Source of the DNA: Candidatus Omnitrophota bacterium
Lineage (GTDB): Bacteria; Omnitrophota; Gorgyraeia; Zapsychrales; Zapsychraceae
DNA: 64,000 nucleotides
Direction: 5' to 3'
Assembly: GCA_029261055.1 (NCBI GenBank)
Contig: JAJDCA010000071.1
Location: 25,778-89,777, forward strand
The first letter of the stretch is position 1. Each line of letters begins with the position of its first letter. Of this stretch, positions 18,242-28,151 are shown piece by piece. The notes under the pieces were generated by a model. That model searched no databases. It had not been told where the DNA came from and saw nothing but the letters and a program-made list of their open reading frames with translations. Position numbers and translations under genes: made by a program.

Positions 18242-20728
18242 ATGACGGTTACGGAAATTGCAAAAATATACAATACAACGGATGATTACGTTTTAAAGAC
18301 ATTAAAGTCTTTGAAGTTAAAAGCTAAAGGTACTCAACAAGAACTTAATGCCGTGGTTGCGTCTGTTTTAAAAAGTGAATTAAATAAACATAAAGATACT
18401 ATGCCTAAGAAAGGCGAGGAAAAATCGGAAAAAGAAACGACGACTAAGAAAAAGGCTGTAAAAAAGAAGGCTGTAAAAAAAGAAAAAGAAGATTCTGAGA
18501 CAAGCAAAGAAAAGCCTGTTAAAGAAAAGGTAACGAAAGTCAAAGAAACGAAAGTCAAAGAAACGAAGGTCAAAGAATCCAAGGTCAAAGAAACAAAAGT
18601 TAAGAAATCAAAGGTTACAGAAGTCGAAGCTAAAAAGACTGAAAAGCCGGAAGCAACTACGACAAAAAAGAAAGCCACTACTACGAAAAAAGTTGTTACA
18701 AAAGAGCCTGTTAAGGCAAAAGTAAGGATTAGTAATGCCCCCGTTATTACTTTAAAACCTTTGAGTCGTAAAAGACGAAAACCTACAGGACCAGGATCAT
18801 CTGATGCCAGTAAGACAGCTCTTAAACATCAGGCAGAAAAAAGTAATGTGCCAACTGTTCCTGAAGGTGGTTTGGCCGCAGCGATAAAAGAAGCTTCGGC
18901 TGCATCTTTGGCAAATAAAGAATCTTCGGAACAAGAGGCTGTTCCAGAAAAATGGATAAGAGATGAATCCTTGCCGGATTTAGAAATCAATCTTCCTGTT
19001 ACGGTAAAAGAATTAGCGATTAAAATGCAACAGAAACCAAGCTTTGTTTTGAAAGAGTTGATGAAATTGGGTATTCTTGCGCATATTAATCAAAATCTTG
19101 ATGGAGATATTGTTAGTCGATTGACGATTAAGTTTGGATATAACTTAGCAAAGATTAAGACACAAGAAGAGCAGCTTATTGATATTCATAAACATGAAGA
19201 AGAAGATCCAAAACTTTTAAAGTCACGGGCTCCGGTTGTAACGTTTATGGGGCATGTTGATCATGGGAAAACTACCCTTGTAGATAGAATCAGGAAAACA
19301 AAAGTTGCCGATGCTGAGCATGGAGGTATTACGCAGCACATGGGAGCCTATTCTGTTGATCTTAAGAAAGGACGGATTACCTTTTTAGATACACCCGGAC
19401 ACGAAGCGTTTACATCGATGAGAGCGCGTGGCGCACACATTACAGATTTAGTTGTTCTTGTTGTCGCTGCTGATGATGGTATTATGCCGCAGACACAAGA
19501 GGCCATTGATCATGCCCGTGCGGCTAATGTTCCTATTGTTGTGGCGTTGACAAAAATTGACTTGCCCAATGCAGATTGTGATCGTGTTAAAAAACAGTTG
19601 GCTGAAATAAATTTGGCTGCAGAAGACTGGGGTGGAAAAACGGTGACTATCGGTGTATCTGCCATTACCGGAGAAGGGGTTGATGAATTGTTGGAATTGA
19701 TTCTTCTTGAGTCTGAAATGTTAGAGCTAAAAGCTAATACTCAGAAAAAAGCTTCGGGTATTGTCGTTGAAGCCCATATGAGCCAGGGCAAAGGTGCTGT
19801 AACAACGATGATTGTGCAAAGTGGAACATTAAATGCCGGTGAATTTGTTGTTGTAGGTCCTTATTATGGCAAAGTAAGAGCCATGTTTGATGATCACGCT
19901 CGCTCTGTAACAGCAGCTGGACCTTCTATGCCGGTAGAGGTGTTAGGTTTGTCTGATGTGCCTGAGGCAGGCGACATGTTTTATGTTGTGGAGGACGAAA
20001 AGCGAGCCAGAGATATTTCTTTTAAACGGCAGGAGCAGTTAAAAGATAAAAGATTGCATGAAAATCAGAAGCTTACACTTGAAGACCTTCATGCACAGCT
20101 CCAGGAAGGTGCTGTTAAAGAGCTTAATGTAGTGTTGAAGTCAGACGTGCAAGGATCATTAGAGGCGCTAAAAGATTCTTTATCCAAAATTCCTAGTGAT
20201 AAGGTCAAAATAAAATTTATTCATGTTGGCGTCGGTGAAATTAATACATCAGATGTTCTTTTAGCCGCAGCTTCCAAAGCAATTATTATTGCATTTCATG
20301 TTGGGACAGATGTGCGGGCTAAAGAAGAGGTGAGGCGCCAGCCGGTTGAAATACGGGAATACCGTATTATTTATGATGCGGTAACAGATATTAAACAAGC
20401 CCTAGAAGGATTGTTGGAAGCAAAAACAAAGAAAAACTTTTTAGGGCGAGCAGAAATACGTCAGGTTTTTAAACTTTCTAAACACGGTATTGTTGCTGGT
20501 TGTTATTTGATGAAAGGGAAAGTCCATCGCAAAGCTCATGCGGATGTTATTCGGAATGAAGAGGTTGTTTTTTCCGGTAAACTTTCATCTTTAAAGAGAT
20601 TTAAGGATGATGTTAAGGAAGTGACAGAAGGAATGGAATGCGGTATTGTTGTTTCCAATTTTGATAAATATCAATCCGGCGATATTATTGAGATGTATGA
20701 ATTAGAATCGGTAGCTCAAAAATTATGA
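18242..20728 (+). CDS. infB: Translation initiation factor IF-2
   Basis: [35 protein letters not shown]. Confidence 0.98.
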   Translation: MTVTEIAKIYNTTDDYVLKTLKSLKLKAKGTQQELNAVVASVLKSELNKHKDTMPKKGEEKSEKETTTKKKAVKKKAVKKEKEDSETSKEKPVKEKVTKVKETKVKETKVKESKVKETKVKKSKVTEVEAKKTEKPEATTTKKKATTTKKVVTKEPVKAKVRISNAPVITLKPLSRKRRKPTGPGSSDASKTALKHQAEKSNVPTVPEGGLAAAIKEASAASLANKESSEQEAVPEKWIRDESLPDLEINLPVTVKELAIKMQQKPSFVLKELMKLGILAHINQNLDGDIVSRLTIKFGYNLAKIKTQEEQLIDIHKHEEEDPKLLKSRAPVVTFMGHVDHGKTTLVDRIRKTKVADAEHGGITQHMGAYSVDLKKGRITFLDTPGHEAFTSMRARGAHITDLVVLVVAADDGIMPQTQEAIDHARAANVPIVVALTKIDLPNADCDRVKKQLAEINLAAEDWGGKTVTIGVSAITGEGVDELLELILLESEMLELKANTQKKASGIVVEAHMSQGKGAVTTMIVQSGTLNAGEFVVVGPYYGKVRAMFDDHARSVTAAGPSMPVEVLGLSDVPEAGDMFYVVEDEKRARDISFKRQEQLKDKRLHENQKLTLEDLHAQLQEGAVKELNVVLKSDVQGSLEALKDSLSKIPSDKVKIKFIHVGVGEINTSDVLLAAASKAIIIAFHVGTDVRAKEEVRRQPVEIREYRIIYDAVTDIKQALEGLLEAKTKKNFLGRAEIRQVFKLSKHGIVAGCYLMKGKVHRKAHADVIRNEEVVFSGKLSSLKRFKDDVKEVTEGMECGIVVSNFDKYQSGDIIEMYELESVAQKL
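18533..18616 (+). repeat. 15-bp coding tandem repeat (KETKV)n in the IF-2 N-terminus
   Basis: AAAGTCAAAGAAACG-type units, about 5-6 copies, encoding [28 protein letters not shown]. Confidence 0.85.
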
Positions 20729-21705
20729 CAAAGACTGTTTTTAGTGCGATGCGTCCGACAGGTAAGCTTCATTTGGGGCATCTTGTTGGTGCTTTAACAA
20801 ATTGGCTTGACCTTCAAGAAAAGTATTCCTGCCTATTCTCCATTGTTGATTGGCATGCCTTGATGGGAGAGTATGAACAAAGTAAGACAATTCACGAGAA
20901 TGTGATTGATATGGCGATTGATTGGATGGCTTGTGGTATTGATCCATCAAAATCCATTCTTTTTGTTCAGTCTCATGTGCCGGAACATTTAGAACTGCAG
21001 ATGATTTTTTCCTGCATAACGCCTTTAGGTTGGTTAGAGCGTAATCCCACTTACAAAGAGCAACTGCGTGAGATTAAGACGCGTGATTTGCAAACTTATG
21101 GTTTTTTAGGGTATCCTGTTTTACAGGCGGCGGATATTTTACTTTACAAAGCTAATGCTGTGCCTATTGGTGAAGACCAATTGCCTCATCTTGAATTATC
21201 CCGCGAAATTTCTCGACGATTCAATCATATTTTTAAAAATGAGTATTTTCCTGATTGCGAAGCCATATTGACTAAGACTCCTCGTCTTTTAGGGATTGAT
21301 GGTCGGAAAATGAGCAAGAGTTATCAGAATGCAATCCATCTTTCAGATTCTAAAGAGGACGTGACAAAGAAAGTAAAAAATATGTTTACCGATCCGAAAC
21401 GGATTAGGCTTTCTGATCCAGGTCATCCTGATGAATGTAATGTGTGTGAGTATTACAAGGTTTTTGCACCAGAAAAAACTGAAGAAGTTCAGGAATGGTG
21501 TACGAAAGCTCAAAAGGGATGTACGGACTGTAAGCAAATTTTAACAGATGAATTGATGCGGCATTTAGAACCTATTCAAGAAAAAAGGGAAGCATTAAGC
21601 AAAAATAAAGACCGAGTGAAAGATATTTTGTATGGTGGTCAAAAACGCGCTAAACAGATAGCCCAAGAAACCATGGGGCAGGTCAAGGAGATCGTATTCG
21701 GATGA
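20725..21705 (+). CDS. trpS: Tryptophanyl-tRNA synthetase
   Basis: RPTGKLHLGH, YPVLQAADIL, VPIGEDQ, KMSKS. Confidence 0.97.
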   Translation: MTKTVFSAMRPTGKLHLGHLVGALTNWLDLQEKYSCLFSIVDWHALMGEYEQSKTIHENVIDMAIDWMACGIDPSKSILFVQSHVPEHLELQMIFSCITPLGWLERNPTYKEQLREIKTRDLQTYGFLGYPVLQAADILLYKANAVPIGEDQLPHLELSREISRRFNHIFKNEYFPDCEAILTKTPRLLGIDGRKMSKSYQNAIHLSDSKEDVTKKVKNMFTDPKRIRLSDPGHPDECNVCEYYKVFAPEKTEEVQEWCTKAQKGCTDCKQILTDELMRHLEPIQEKREALSKNKDRVKDILYGGQKRAKQIAQETMGQVKEIVFG

Positions 21706-22445
21706 CTTACAAATTAAAGCTCGATGTTTTTGAGGGACCACTAGATTTACTTCTTTATCTTATTAAGAAGGATGATATTGATATTACGGATATTCCTATT
21801 GCTGAGGTAACAGATCAATATTTGCAGTACATAGAAATGATGAAAATTTTGGATTTAAATGTTGTTGGGGATTTTTTGGTTATGGCAGCCACCTTGATGC
21901 ATATTAAATCTAAAATGCTTCTGCCTCCCGATCCAAATGCTGAAGAAGGGGAAGAAGAGGATCCACGCGATGAATTAGTGAGACGTCTTCATGAATACAA
22001 AAAGTTTAAAGAAGTTGCTGGTGTTTTGAAAACGCGGGAAGAAGATCGTCAAGATTTGTTTCCACGTGTGGTTGATGAGCAGACAACAGAGAAATTAAAA
22101 GAAGATTCTAAAGAAATTTATTTTGAGGCTAATCTTTTTGATTTGATTAATGCCTTAAGTGATGCTTTAAAGAAAGTTCCGGAAGAAGTTATTCATGAAA
22201 TCATCCAGGAAGAGTTTACTATTGAACAGAAAATTCATGATATTTTGCATTGTCTTTTGGAACAGGATAGTACGAAGTTAAAAACTGTATTTGAAAAGGC
22301 TAGGAATAAGGTTGAAATGATTGTGACTTTTCTTGCAGTACTGGAACTTATCAGGTTAAAAGAAATTAAAGCTGTCCAGAAAAACGTATTTGGTGATATT
22401 GAAATTTTGCGGAATAAGGATAACATGGTTCCAGCAGATAATTAG
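21702..22445 (+). CDS. scpA: Segregation and condensation protein A
   Basis: FEGPLDLLLYLI, FLVMAATL..IKS, TFLAVLEL. Confidence 0.95.
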   Translation: MTYKLKLDVFEGPLDLLLYLIKKDDIDITDIPIAEVTDQYLQYIEMMKILDLNVVGDFLVMAATLMHIKSKMLLPPDPNAEEGEEEDPRDELVRRLHEYKKFKEVAGVLKTREEDRQDLFPRVVDEQTTEKLKEDSKEIYFEANLFDLINALSDALKKVPEEVIHEIIQEEFTIEQKIHDILHCLLEQDSTKLKTVFEKARNKVEMIVTFLAVLELIRLKEIKAVQKNVFGDIEILRNKDNMVPADN

Positions 22446-22463
22446 AGATTAAATAATTTTAAG

Positions 22464-22523
22464 GTGACTCGTCGCTCGTGGCGCGTCGCTCGTAAAAAAT
22501 GAGTCACTCGCCACGAGCGACGA
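22464..22523. repeat. Inverted heptamer-array element
   Basis: GTGACTC GTCGCTC GTGGCGC GTCGCTC, spacer, GAGTCAC TCGCCAC GAGCGAC. Confidence 0.8.
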
Positions 22524-22527
22524 TAAA

Positions 22528-23592
22528 ATGAACGAAAAACGTAAAATTATTTTCAATCAAGAAAATTCTTCCGCATCTGAAAGTAAAAACAGTTCCGGCC
22601 GAGATTCATTGCACCAGCAGGAAACTGAAGAAGATCAAGTTTACAGTCTATCCTTACGCCCTTCCCGTATTGAAGAATTCATTGGACAACAAGAACTAAA
22701 AGATAACTTACAGGTTGCTCTTCAGGCGGCGCAACAACGTAAAGAGCCTATTGAGCATATGCTTTTTTCCGGCCCTCCGGGTTTGGGAAAGACTTCCCTT
22801 GCTAATATTGTGGCCAATCATATGGGAGCACGTCTAACCACAACATCCGGTCCATCTATTACACGGGCTGGTGACTTGATTGGTATTTTGACAAATTTAG
22901 AACATGGCGATGTTTTATTTATTGATGAAATCCATCGCATGTCCAAAACGGTTGAAGAGTTTTTGTATCCGGCCATGGAAAATTTTAAAATTGATTTTAT
23001 TGTCGATAAAGGCCCATATGCGAAAACGATTAATTTTAATTTAAAACCATTCACACTCATTGGCGCTACAACACGCAGTGGGCTTTTAGCTGCTCCTTTA
23101 CGCGATCGTTTCGGCATATTTTATCATTTAGGATTTTACCAGCCGGAAGAGTTAAGCACGATTGTAACAAAGTCTGCAGAGAAATTGAATGTGACCATTA
23201 TGCCGGAAGCTTCTTTAGAGATTGCCCGTCGGGCTCGTGGGACTCCACGTATTGCTAACAGGCTCCTGCGTCGCGTCCGTGATTATGCTCAAGTTAAGAC
23301 CTCAGGAGAAACGATTGGAAAGCACGTTGTAGATGAGGCGATGGGTACGCTCAGAATTGATGTTGCAGGTCTGGATGACTTAGATCGAAGATTAATGCAA
23401 GTCGTCAACGATCATTACAAAGGTGGCCCAGTGGGTATCGAAACCCTAGCCGCCACCCTTAACGAAGAACTCGATACAATCGTCGACGTGGTAGAGCCAT
23501 ATCTTTTGAAAATCGGTTTTCTTAATCGAACCCCCCGCGGTCGGGAATTAACAGATGCAGCCGTGCAGCATATTTTGGTGAATAAAGTGTAA
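22528..23592 (+). CDS. ruvB: Holliday junction helicase RuvB
   Basis: SLRP, GPPGLGKT, FIDEIHR, GATTRSG, RGTPRIANRLLRRVRD. Confidence 0.97.
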   Translation: MNEKRKIIFNQENSSASESKNSSGRDSLHQQETEEDQVYSLSLRPSRIEEFIGQQELKDNLQVALQAAQQRKEPIEHMLFSGPPGLGKTSLANIVANHMGARLTTTSGPSITRAGDLIGILTNLEHGDVLFIDEIHRMSKTVEEFLYPAMENFKIDFIVDKGPYAKTINFNLKPFTLIGATTRSGLLAAPLRDRFGIFYHLGFYQPEELSTIVTKSAEKLNVTIMPEASLEIARRARGTPRIANRLLRRVRDYAQVKTSGETIGKHVVDEAMGTLRIDVAGLDDLDRRLMQVVNDHYKGGPVGIETLAATLNEELDTIVDVVEPYLLKIGFLNRTPRGRELTDAAVQHILVNKV

Positions 23593-23695
23593 TACCAAAT
23601 CCATTAAATAATTTCTCTTTTGGTAGTGGCTATTCTTGTAGAAGCATTCGAGAAAAGCCAAATGGATTATGGTCATTATTTAATGGAATTGGTAT
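23592..23695. mobile_element. MITE-like element (family B) with 21-bp terminal inverted repeats
   Basis: ATACCAAATCCATTAAATAAT / ATTATTTAATGGAATTGGTAT (1 mismatch) with an internal hairpin. Second copy at 41534. Confidence 0.75.
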
Positions 23696-23697
23696 AA

Positions 23698-23904
23698 ATG
23701 GCCAAGACATTAATTTTTGTTGGTATTGTTTTTATCCTCATTGGGATTTGTTTTCAGGTTTTTGGGAAGATTCCTGGAGTTGGCAGGCTGCCTGGGGATA
23801 TTTTTGTTAAACGGGATAACTTTAATTTTTATTTTCCTCTTACAACCTGTATTCTTATCAGTACCATCCTGAGTTTTATTTTCTTCTTATGGAATCAAAA
23901 GTAA
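23698..23904 (+). CDS. DUF2905-family small membrane protein
   Basis: GRLPGDI...FYFPLTTCILIS motif, typical position after ruvB. Confidence 0.88.
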   Translation: MAKTLIFVGIVFILIGICFQVFGKIPGVGRLPGDIFVKRDNFNFYFPLTTCILISTILSFIFFLWNQK

Positions 23905-25073
23905 ACAAAAAATCGTACCGCAAGCTTCCAAGGTTTGTTTGGGGTATTTTGTTGTGTTTTTTGATGGTGTATTCATCACCGTATGTCTTAGGTCGAGGTG
24001 AAGAAAAATTCATCCGGGTGGCAATTTTAAAGAATGTTAATAATTTTGTAATATCCGTCAGAGGAAAATACACGATTATTGATCCCAAGACCCAGGAAGT
24101 TTTGAGTCACGGTCGACGTTTGAGCCGATCACGGGTCATCCTGCGTGACGGAGGGATTCATATTGGGCTTAGTTTTTATGCACGGAAAGAGCTTCGGTTG
24201 TTATTGCAGAAAGATGCAACTCTTGAACGTACTGGAAAGAAGAAACGATATCGTGGTGCCATAGATATTTCTGTGAATAAAAAAGGACAATTGTTGGTTA
24301 TCAATGCGGTAGAGTTGGAAGCGTACATTAGGGGTGTTTTGTATCATGAAGTTTCGCACCGTTGGCCTTTGGAAGCTATTAAGGCACAGGCCGTAGCCGC
24401 ACGGACATATGCTTTGTATCAAGCTGAGGTGAATAAAGAAGGGCCGTATGATGTGACCAGCGATATTTATTCGCAGGTCTATGGTGGCCGAAGTGCAGAA
24501 CGGTACCGGACCAATATGGCAGCTGAACGGACTAAGGGGCAGGTACTGCTTTACAATGGTAAAATTCTTCCGGCATATTTTCATGCTTCCTGTGGCGGTC
24601 ATACCGAGAATGTGAAAGAATTGTGGAAGCATGATCTGGCGCCGTTACGGGGACAAAAATGTGTTTATTGCCAGTTAACACCACATTATGCATGGAAGAA
24701 AAACTTTCAGTCTAAGAGCGTCCAAGATAAATTGAATAAACATGGTTACACGTTAGAATTAATTAAAGAAATCCGTATTCTTAGTCGAGCAAAGAGTGGA
24801 CGGATAAAAGATTTGCAAATTACGACGAGGGATGGTAAAACAGTGACCCTTGCCGGAAAGACATTTAGGCATATTATTGGTCCTAATGAATTAAAAAGTA
24901 ATTTTTATGATATTGAGATGAACGGGTATTATTTCGATGTCCATGGGCATGGTTGGGGGCATGGAGTCGGTATGTGCCAATGGGGCGCGTATGCCATGTC
25001 ACAGCAACGGAAGAATTACAAAGAAATTTTAACGTATTATTACCCCGGAGTGAAAATAACATCATGGAAATAG
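23889..25073 (+). CDS. SpoIID/LytB-domain protein
   Basis: EAIKAQAVAARTYA, SQVYGG, GHGWGHGVGMCQWGA, ILTYYYPG. Confidence 0.93.
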   Translation: MESKVNKKSYRKLPRFVWGILLCFLMVYSSPYVLGRGEEKFIRVAILKNVNNFVISVRGKYTIIDPKTQEVLSHGRRLSRSRVILRDGGIHIGLSFYARKELRLLLQKDATLERTGKKKRYRGAIDISVNKKGQLLVINAVELEAYIRGVLYHEVSHRWPLEAIKAQAVAARTYALYQAEVNKEGPYDVTSDIYSQVYGGRSAERYRTNMAAERTKGQVLLYNGKILPAYFHASCGGHTENVKELWKHDLAPLRGQKCVYCQLTPHYAWKKNFQSKSVQDKLNKHGYTLELIKEIRILSRAKSGRIKDLQITTRDGKTVTLAGKTFRHIIGPNELKSNFYDIEMNGYYFDVHGHGWGHGVGMCQWGAYAMSQQRKNYKEILTYYYPGVKITSWK

Positions 25074-26137
25074 GAATTGTCGGATTGCCGAATGTTGGAA
25101 AATCAACTTTGTTTAATGCTTTAACAGGGGCAGGGGCCCAGGCAGAAAATTTTCCGTTTACAACGATTGAACCAAATGTCGGTATTGTGCCGTTACCGGA
25201 TGAAAGACTTAATCGATTAGCTGAAGAATTTAAAAGTCAGAAAGTGACACCTGCGGGTATTCGTTTTGTAGATATTGCCGGTCTTGTCAAAGGGGCAAGT
25301 AAAGGCGAGGGGTTGGGTAATAAATTTTTGGCTAATATTCGTGCTGTGGATGCCATTGCCCATGTGGTGCGTTGTTTCCGAGATGAAAATGTCGTTAATG
25401 TAGCAGGCGATCTTAATCCTCTTGAGGCTGTTGAAACGATAGATACGGAACTTTTGTTGGCAGATTTGCAACAAGTTGAGAAGGCTTTGAACAAAATTGA
25501 GGGAGCAGCACGTGCTGGCGATAAGGTGGCGAGAGAAAAACAAGTTATTCTTAAGGAATTAAGTGAAGGTTTTAATGAGGGAAAATCTGCTCGAGTTTTA
25601 GATGTTGATGAAGATGTTGTGAGTGAATTTCAATTTCTTACGGGAAAGCCATTGTTGTATGTGGCTAATACAGATGAAGGAGAACTGGATTCCGGTTTGT
25701 TTGACCCTTTAAAATCGCGTGCTACTCAAGATCAGGCAGAGTTGGTGAGTTTGTCGACCAAATTAGAAACTGAAATTTTAGAATTACCTGAAGCGGATCG
25801 TCGAATATATTATGAAGAAGCGGGTATTACTTCACCGGGGCTGACGCGATTAGCGCGCGCCGGACAGGACCTTTTAAAACTTGTTTGTTTTTTTACGGCT
25901 GGGCCGAAAGAGACCCGGGCCTGGCTTATTCCTCGGGGCACCAAGGCTGCTAAGGCGGCCGGTAAAATTCATAGCGATATTGAGCGTGGATTCATTCGTG
26001 CTGAAATTTATCCTTACAAAGAACTCATGCAATTAGGTTCTTACAAGGCTGTCCAGGAAAAAGGCCTTGTTCGTCTTGAAGGAAAGGATTATCAAATTCA
26101 GGACGGGGATGTCGTTTATTTTCGTTTTAGTGTTTAA
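25064..26137 (+). CDS. ychF: Ribosome-binding ATPase YchF
   Basis: GIVGLPNVGKSTLFNALT, DIAGLVKGAS.GEGLGNKFL, TGS domain. Start moved to MEIGIV. Confidence 0.97.
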   Translation: MEIGIVGLPNVGKSTLFNALTGAGAQAENFPFTTIEPNVGIVPLPDERLNRLAEEFKSQKVTPAGIRFVDIAGLVKGASKGEGLGNKFLANIRAVDAIAHVVRCFRDENVVNVAGDLNPLEAVETIDTELLLADLQQVEKALNKIEGAARAGDKVAREKQVILKELSEGFNEGKSARVLDVDEDVVSEFQFLTGKPLLYVANTDEGELDSGLFDPLKSRATQDQAELVSLSTKLETEILELPEADRRIYYEEAGITSPGLTRLARAGQDLLKLVCFFTAGPKETRAWLIPRGTKAAKAAGKIHSDIERGFIRAEIYPYKELMQLGSYKAVQEKGLVRLEGKDYQIQDGDVVYFRFSV

Positions 26138-26167
26138 GTCTTTAATTTATGATGAGGAGGTAAAATA

Positions 26168-26422
26168 ATGTTTGTGTTTATTGCTGGATTTTTTCTTTTG
26201 GCGGCATTGATGTTTCAAATAATAGAATTAAGAAATTTGTCACTTTTGCGGGATGTTTCTGCAACGTCGTATGTCATTTTTACAATAGGATTCTTTTTGT
26301 GGGGTATTTACGGAATTAATACCCATTTAATAGCTTTTTCGGTGGTGGGTTTTTCAGGTGTACTTTTGTGTGCTTTGGCGATTAGTTTAAAGCTTATGGA
26401 TCAAGGCGATGACGGCGAATAA
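26168..26422 (+). CDS. Small 3-TM protein, SemiSWEET/PQ-loop-like
   Basis: 84 aa, 3 TM, RDVS....F..G..LWGIYG pattern. PQ motif degenerate (FQ). Confidence 0.5.
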   Translation: MFVFIAGFFLLAALMFQIIELRNLSLLRDVSATSYVIFTIGFFLWGIYGINTHLIAFSVVGFSGVLLCALAISLKLMDQGDDGE

Positions 26423-27224
26423 CATTACGAGTTTGACGAATCCACGGATTAAATCTGTGGTTCGGCTAAGGAATCGACGGCAAAGGGATCAGGATGGATT
26501 AACAATTGTCGAAGGTCTTCGTGAGGTTCAATGTGCGTTGGCTGCAGGAGTTTTGTTGCAAGAATGTTTTGTGGTGCAAGAAGAGATTACGAGCCCTAGG
26601 GCTCAGAATCTCAAGGATTTGATTTTAAAAGAAATTAGTAAACTAAAGATTCCAATCGTTACAACACCTCCAGCTGTTTTTCAAAAAATATCTTACGGTG
26701 ATCGTCATGAAGGTGTCTTAGCTGTTTGTAAAGTGCCCGTGGATTCATTTGAACAGTTTAAGGGGGAATTGAAGTCTTTATTTGTTGTCGTTGAACATGT
26801 GGAAAAGCCGGGAAACTTGGGGGCGATTTTAAGGACGTGTGATGCTGCAGGCGTTGGAGGTGTTATTGTGTGTGATCCTAAGACAGACCTTTACAATCCT
26901 AATGTCATTCGTGCAAGTTTGGGCACAGTCTTTACGAATAAAGTTGTGGTAGCATCCAATGAAGAGGTTTTAGCATTTTTAAAAAAGAAGAAGGTTAAAA
27001 TATGTGCAGCTTTACCGCAGGGGAATGCGGTGTACACAGAATCGCCGTTGACAGGTCCGTTAGCTATTGTTGTAGGAAGTGAGGAAAGTGGATTAAGCGA
27101 TTTCTGGCCACAGTATGCTGATTGGCAAGTTCGTATTCCTATGCACGGAGAGGCCGATTCTCTTAATGTTTCTACTTCGACAGCTATTTTGCTGTATGAA
27201 GCATTGAGGCAGAGGAAATTCTAG
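26409..27224 (+). CDS. TrmH/SpoU-family RNA methyltransferase
   Basis: ITSLTNPRIK, EKPGNLGAILRT, VGSEESGL, IPM...DSLNVS. Confidence 0.93.
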   Translation: MTANNITSLTNPRIKSVVRLRNRRQRDQDGLTIVEGLREVQCALAAGVLLQECFVVQEEITSPRAQNLKDLILKEISKLKIPIVTTPPAVFQKISYGDRHEGVLAVCKVPVDSFEQFKGELKSLFVVVEHVEKPGNLGAILRTCDAAGVGGVIVCDPKTDLYNPNVIRASLGTVFTNKVVVASNEEVLAFLKKKKVKICAALPQGNAVYTESPLTGPLAIVVGSEESGLSDFWPQYADWQVRIPMHGEADSLNVSTSTAILLYEALRQRKF

Positions 27225-27328
27225 CTTTCAGACGTCAGCAATCAGACGTCAGTCATAATTAAATGATTTTAAAAGCTGAAGGCTGCAGACTGATTGCTGA
27301 TGTCTGAAAATTGCCGAGCAAAGCGAGG
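27225..27328. repeat. Inverted heptamer-array element (nnnTCAG/CTGAnnn) ending in GCCGAGCAAAGCGAGG
   Basis: CTTTCAG ACGTCAG CAATCAG ACGTCAG, spacer, CTGAAGG CTGCAGA CTGATTG CTGATGT CTGAAAA. Confidence 0.8.
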
Positions 27329-27338
27329 TTTAACTAAA

Positions 27339-28052
27339 ATGCGTTTACAAGTATTTTTATCTAGAAATGGGGTTTGTTCCCGTCGGAACGCTATGGATTT
27401 GATCAAAGCCGGACATGTTACGGTCAATGATCGATGTGTCCGTGAGCCATCAACGGGTATTGATTCTGACACAGACAGAGTTCATGTTGATGGTCAGAGG
27501 GTTAAGGATAAAGTGTACACTTACGTTTTGTTACATAAGCCAACCGGGTATGTGACGACAAAGACTGATCGATTTGCAGAAAAAACAGTGTTTGAATTAT
27601 TACCCAAGCAGTATGCCCATTTGAGTCCGGTTGGCCGGTTAGATAAAAATACGGAGGGGCTTTTACTTTTTACTAATGACGGGGATATGATTTTTAAATT
27701 GACCCATCCCAAATTTCATGTCGACAAAACATATTTTGTTAAGGTTGCCGGGAAGCTTGATGGCGAAACTAAACTAAAAGTAGAAAAAGGTGTTTGGCTT
27801 AAAGGATGGAAAACAGCGCCGGCTAAAATTAAAAATATTCGGCGATTAAAAGACGAAACGATGCTTAATATTACCATTCATGAAGGACGTAAACGACAAA
27901 TTCGTCTTATGTTTGCTAAGGTTAAACATAAAGTGATGTACTTACAGCGTGTTTCTCAAGGTCCATTGCAATTGGGCGTATTGAAAAAAGGGCGTTTTAG
28001 AGTATTGAAAGGAAAAGAAATAGAAAGATTAAGTCTTGCTGTCTCTCAATGA
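27339..28052 (+). CDS. rRNA pseudouridine synthase, RluB/RsuA family
   Basis: MRLQVFLSRNGVCSRR S4 domain, PVGRLD, EGRKRQIRLM. Confidence 0.93.
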   Translation: MRLQVFLSRNGVCSRRNAMDLIKAGHVTVNDRCVREPSTGIDSDTDRVHVDGQRVKDKVYTYVLLHKPTGYVTTKTDRFAEKTVFELLPKQYAHLSPVGRLDKNTEGLLLFTNDGDMIFKLTHPKFHVDKTYFVKVAGKLDGETKLKVEKGVWLKGWKTAPAKIKNIRRLKDETMLNITIHEGRKRQIRLMFAKVKHKVMYLQRVSQGPLQLGVLKKGRFRVLKGKEIERLSLAVSQ

Positions 28053-28061
28053 TTTTTATTT

Positions 28062-28137
28062 TTAATTAGGAATTTCTAGCTTTAAAGAAATTCCAAAAGG
28101 GTCTAATTCCCCGAGGCTTGCCCCGAGGAGATTCATT
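28062..28137 (+). repeat. Repeat family A, variant 2
   Basis: TTAATTAGGAATTTCTAGCTTTAAAGAAATTCCAAAAGGGTCTAATTCCCCGAGGCTTGCCCCGAGGAGATTCATT. Near-identical to 33226-33301. Confidence 0.9.
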
Positions 28138-28151
28138 TTCTTTTACAACAT

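Noticed and set aside
24953-25063. N-terminal extensions of ychF (and likewise nusA, rluB, mlaF, lipA) in the ORF track
   Set aside because: Longest-ORF artefacts. Family-typical starts lie downstream.
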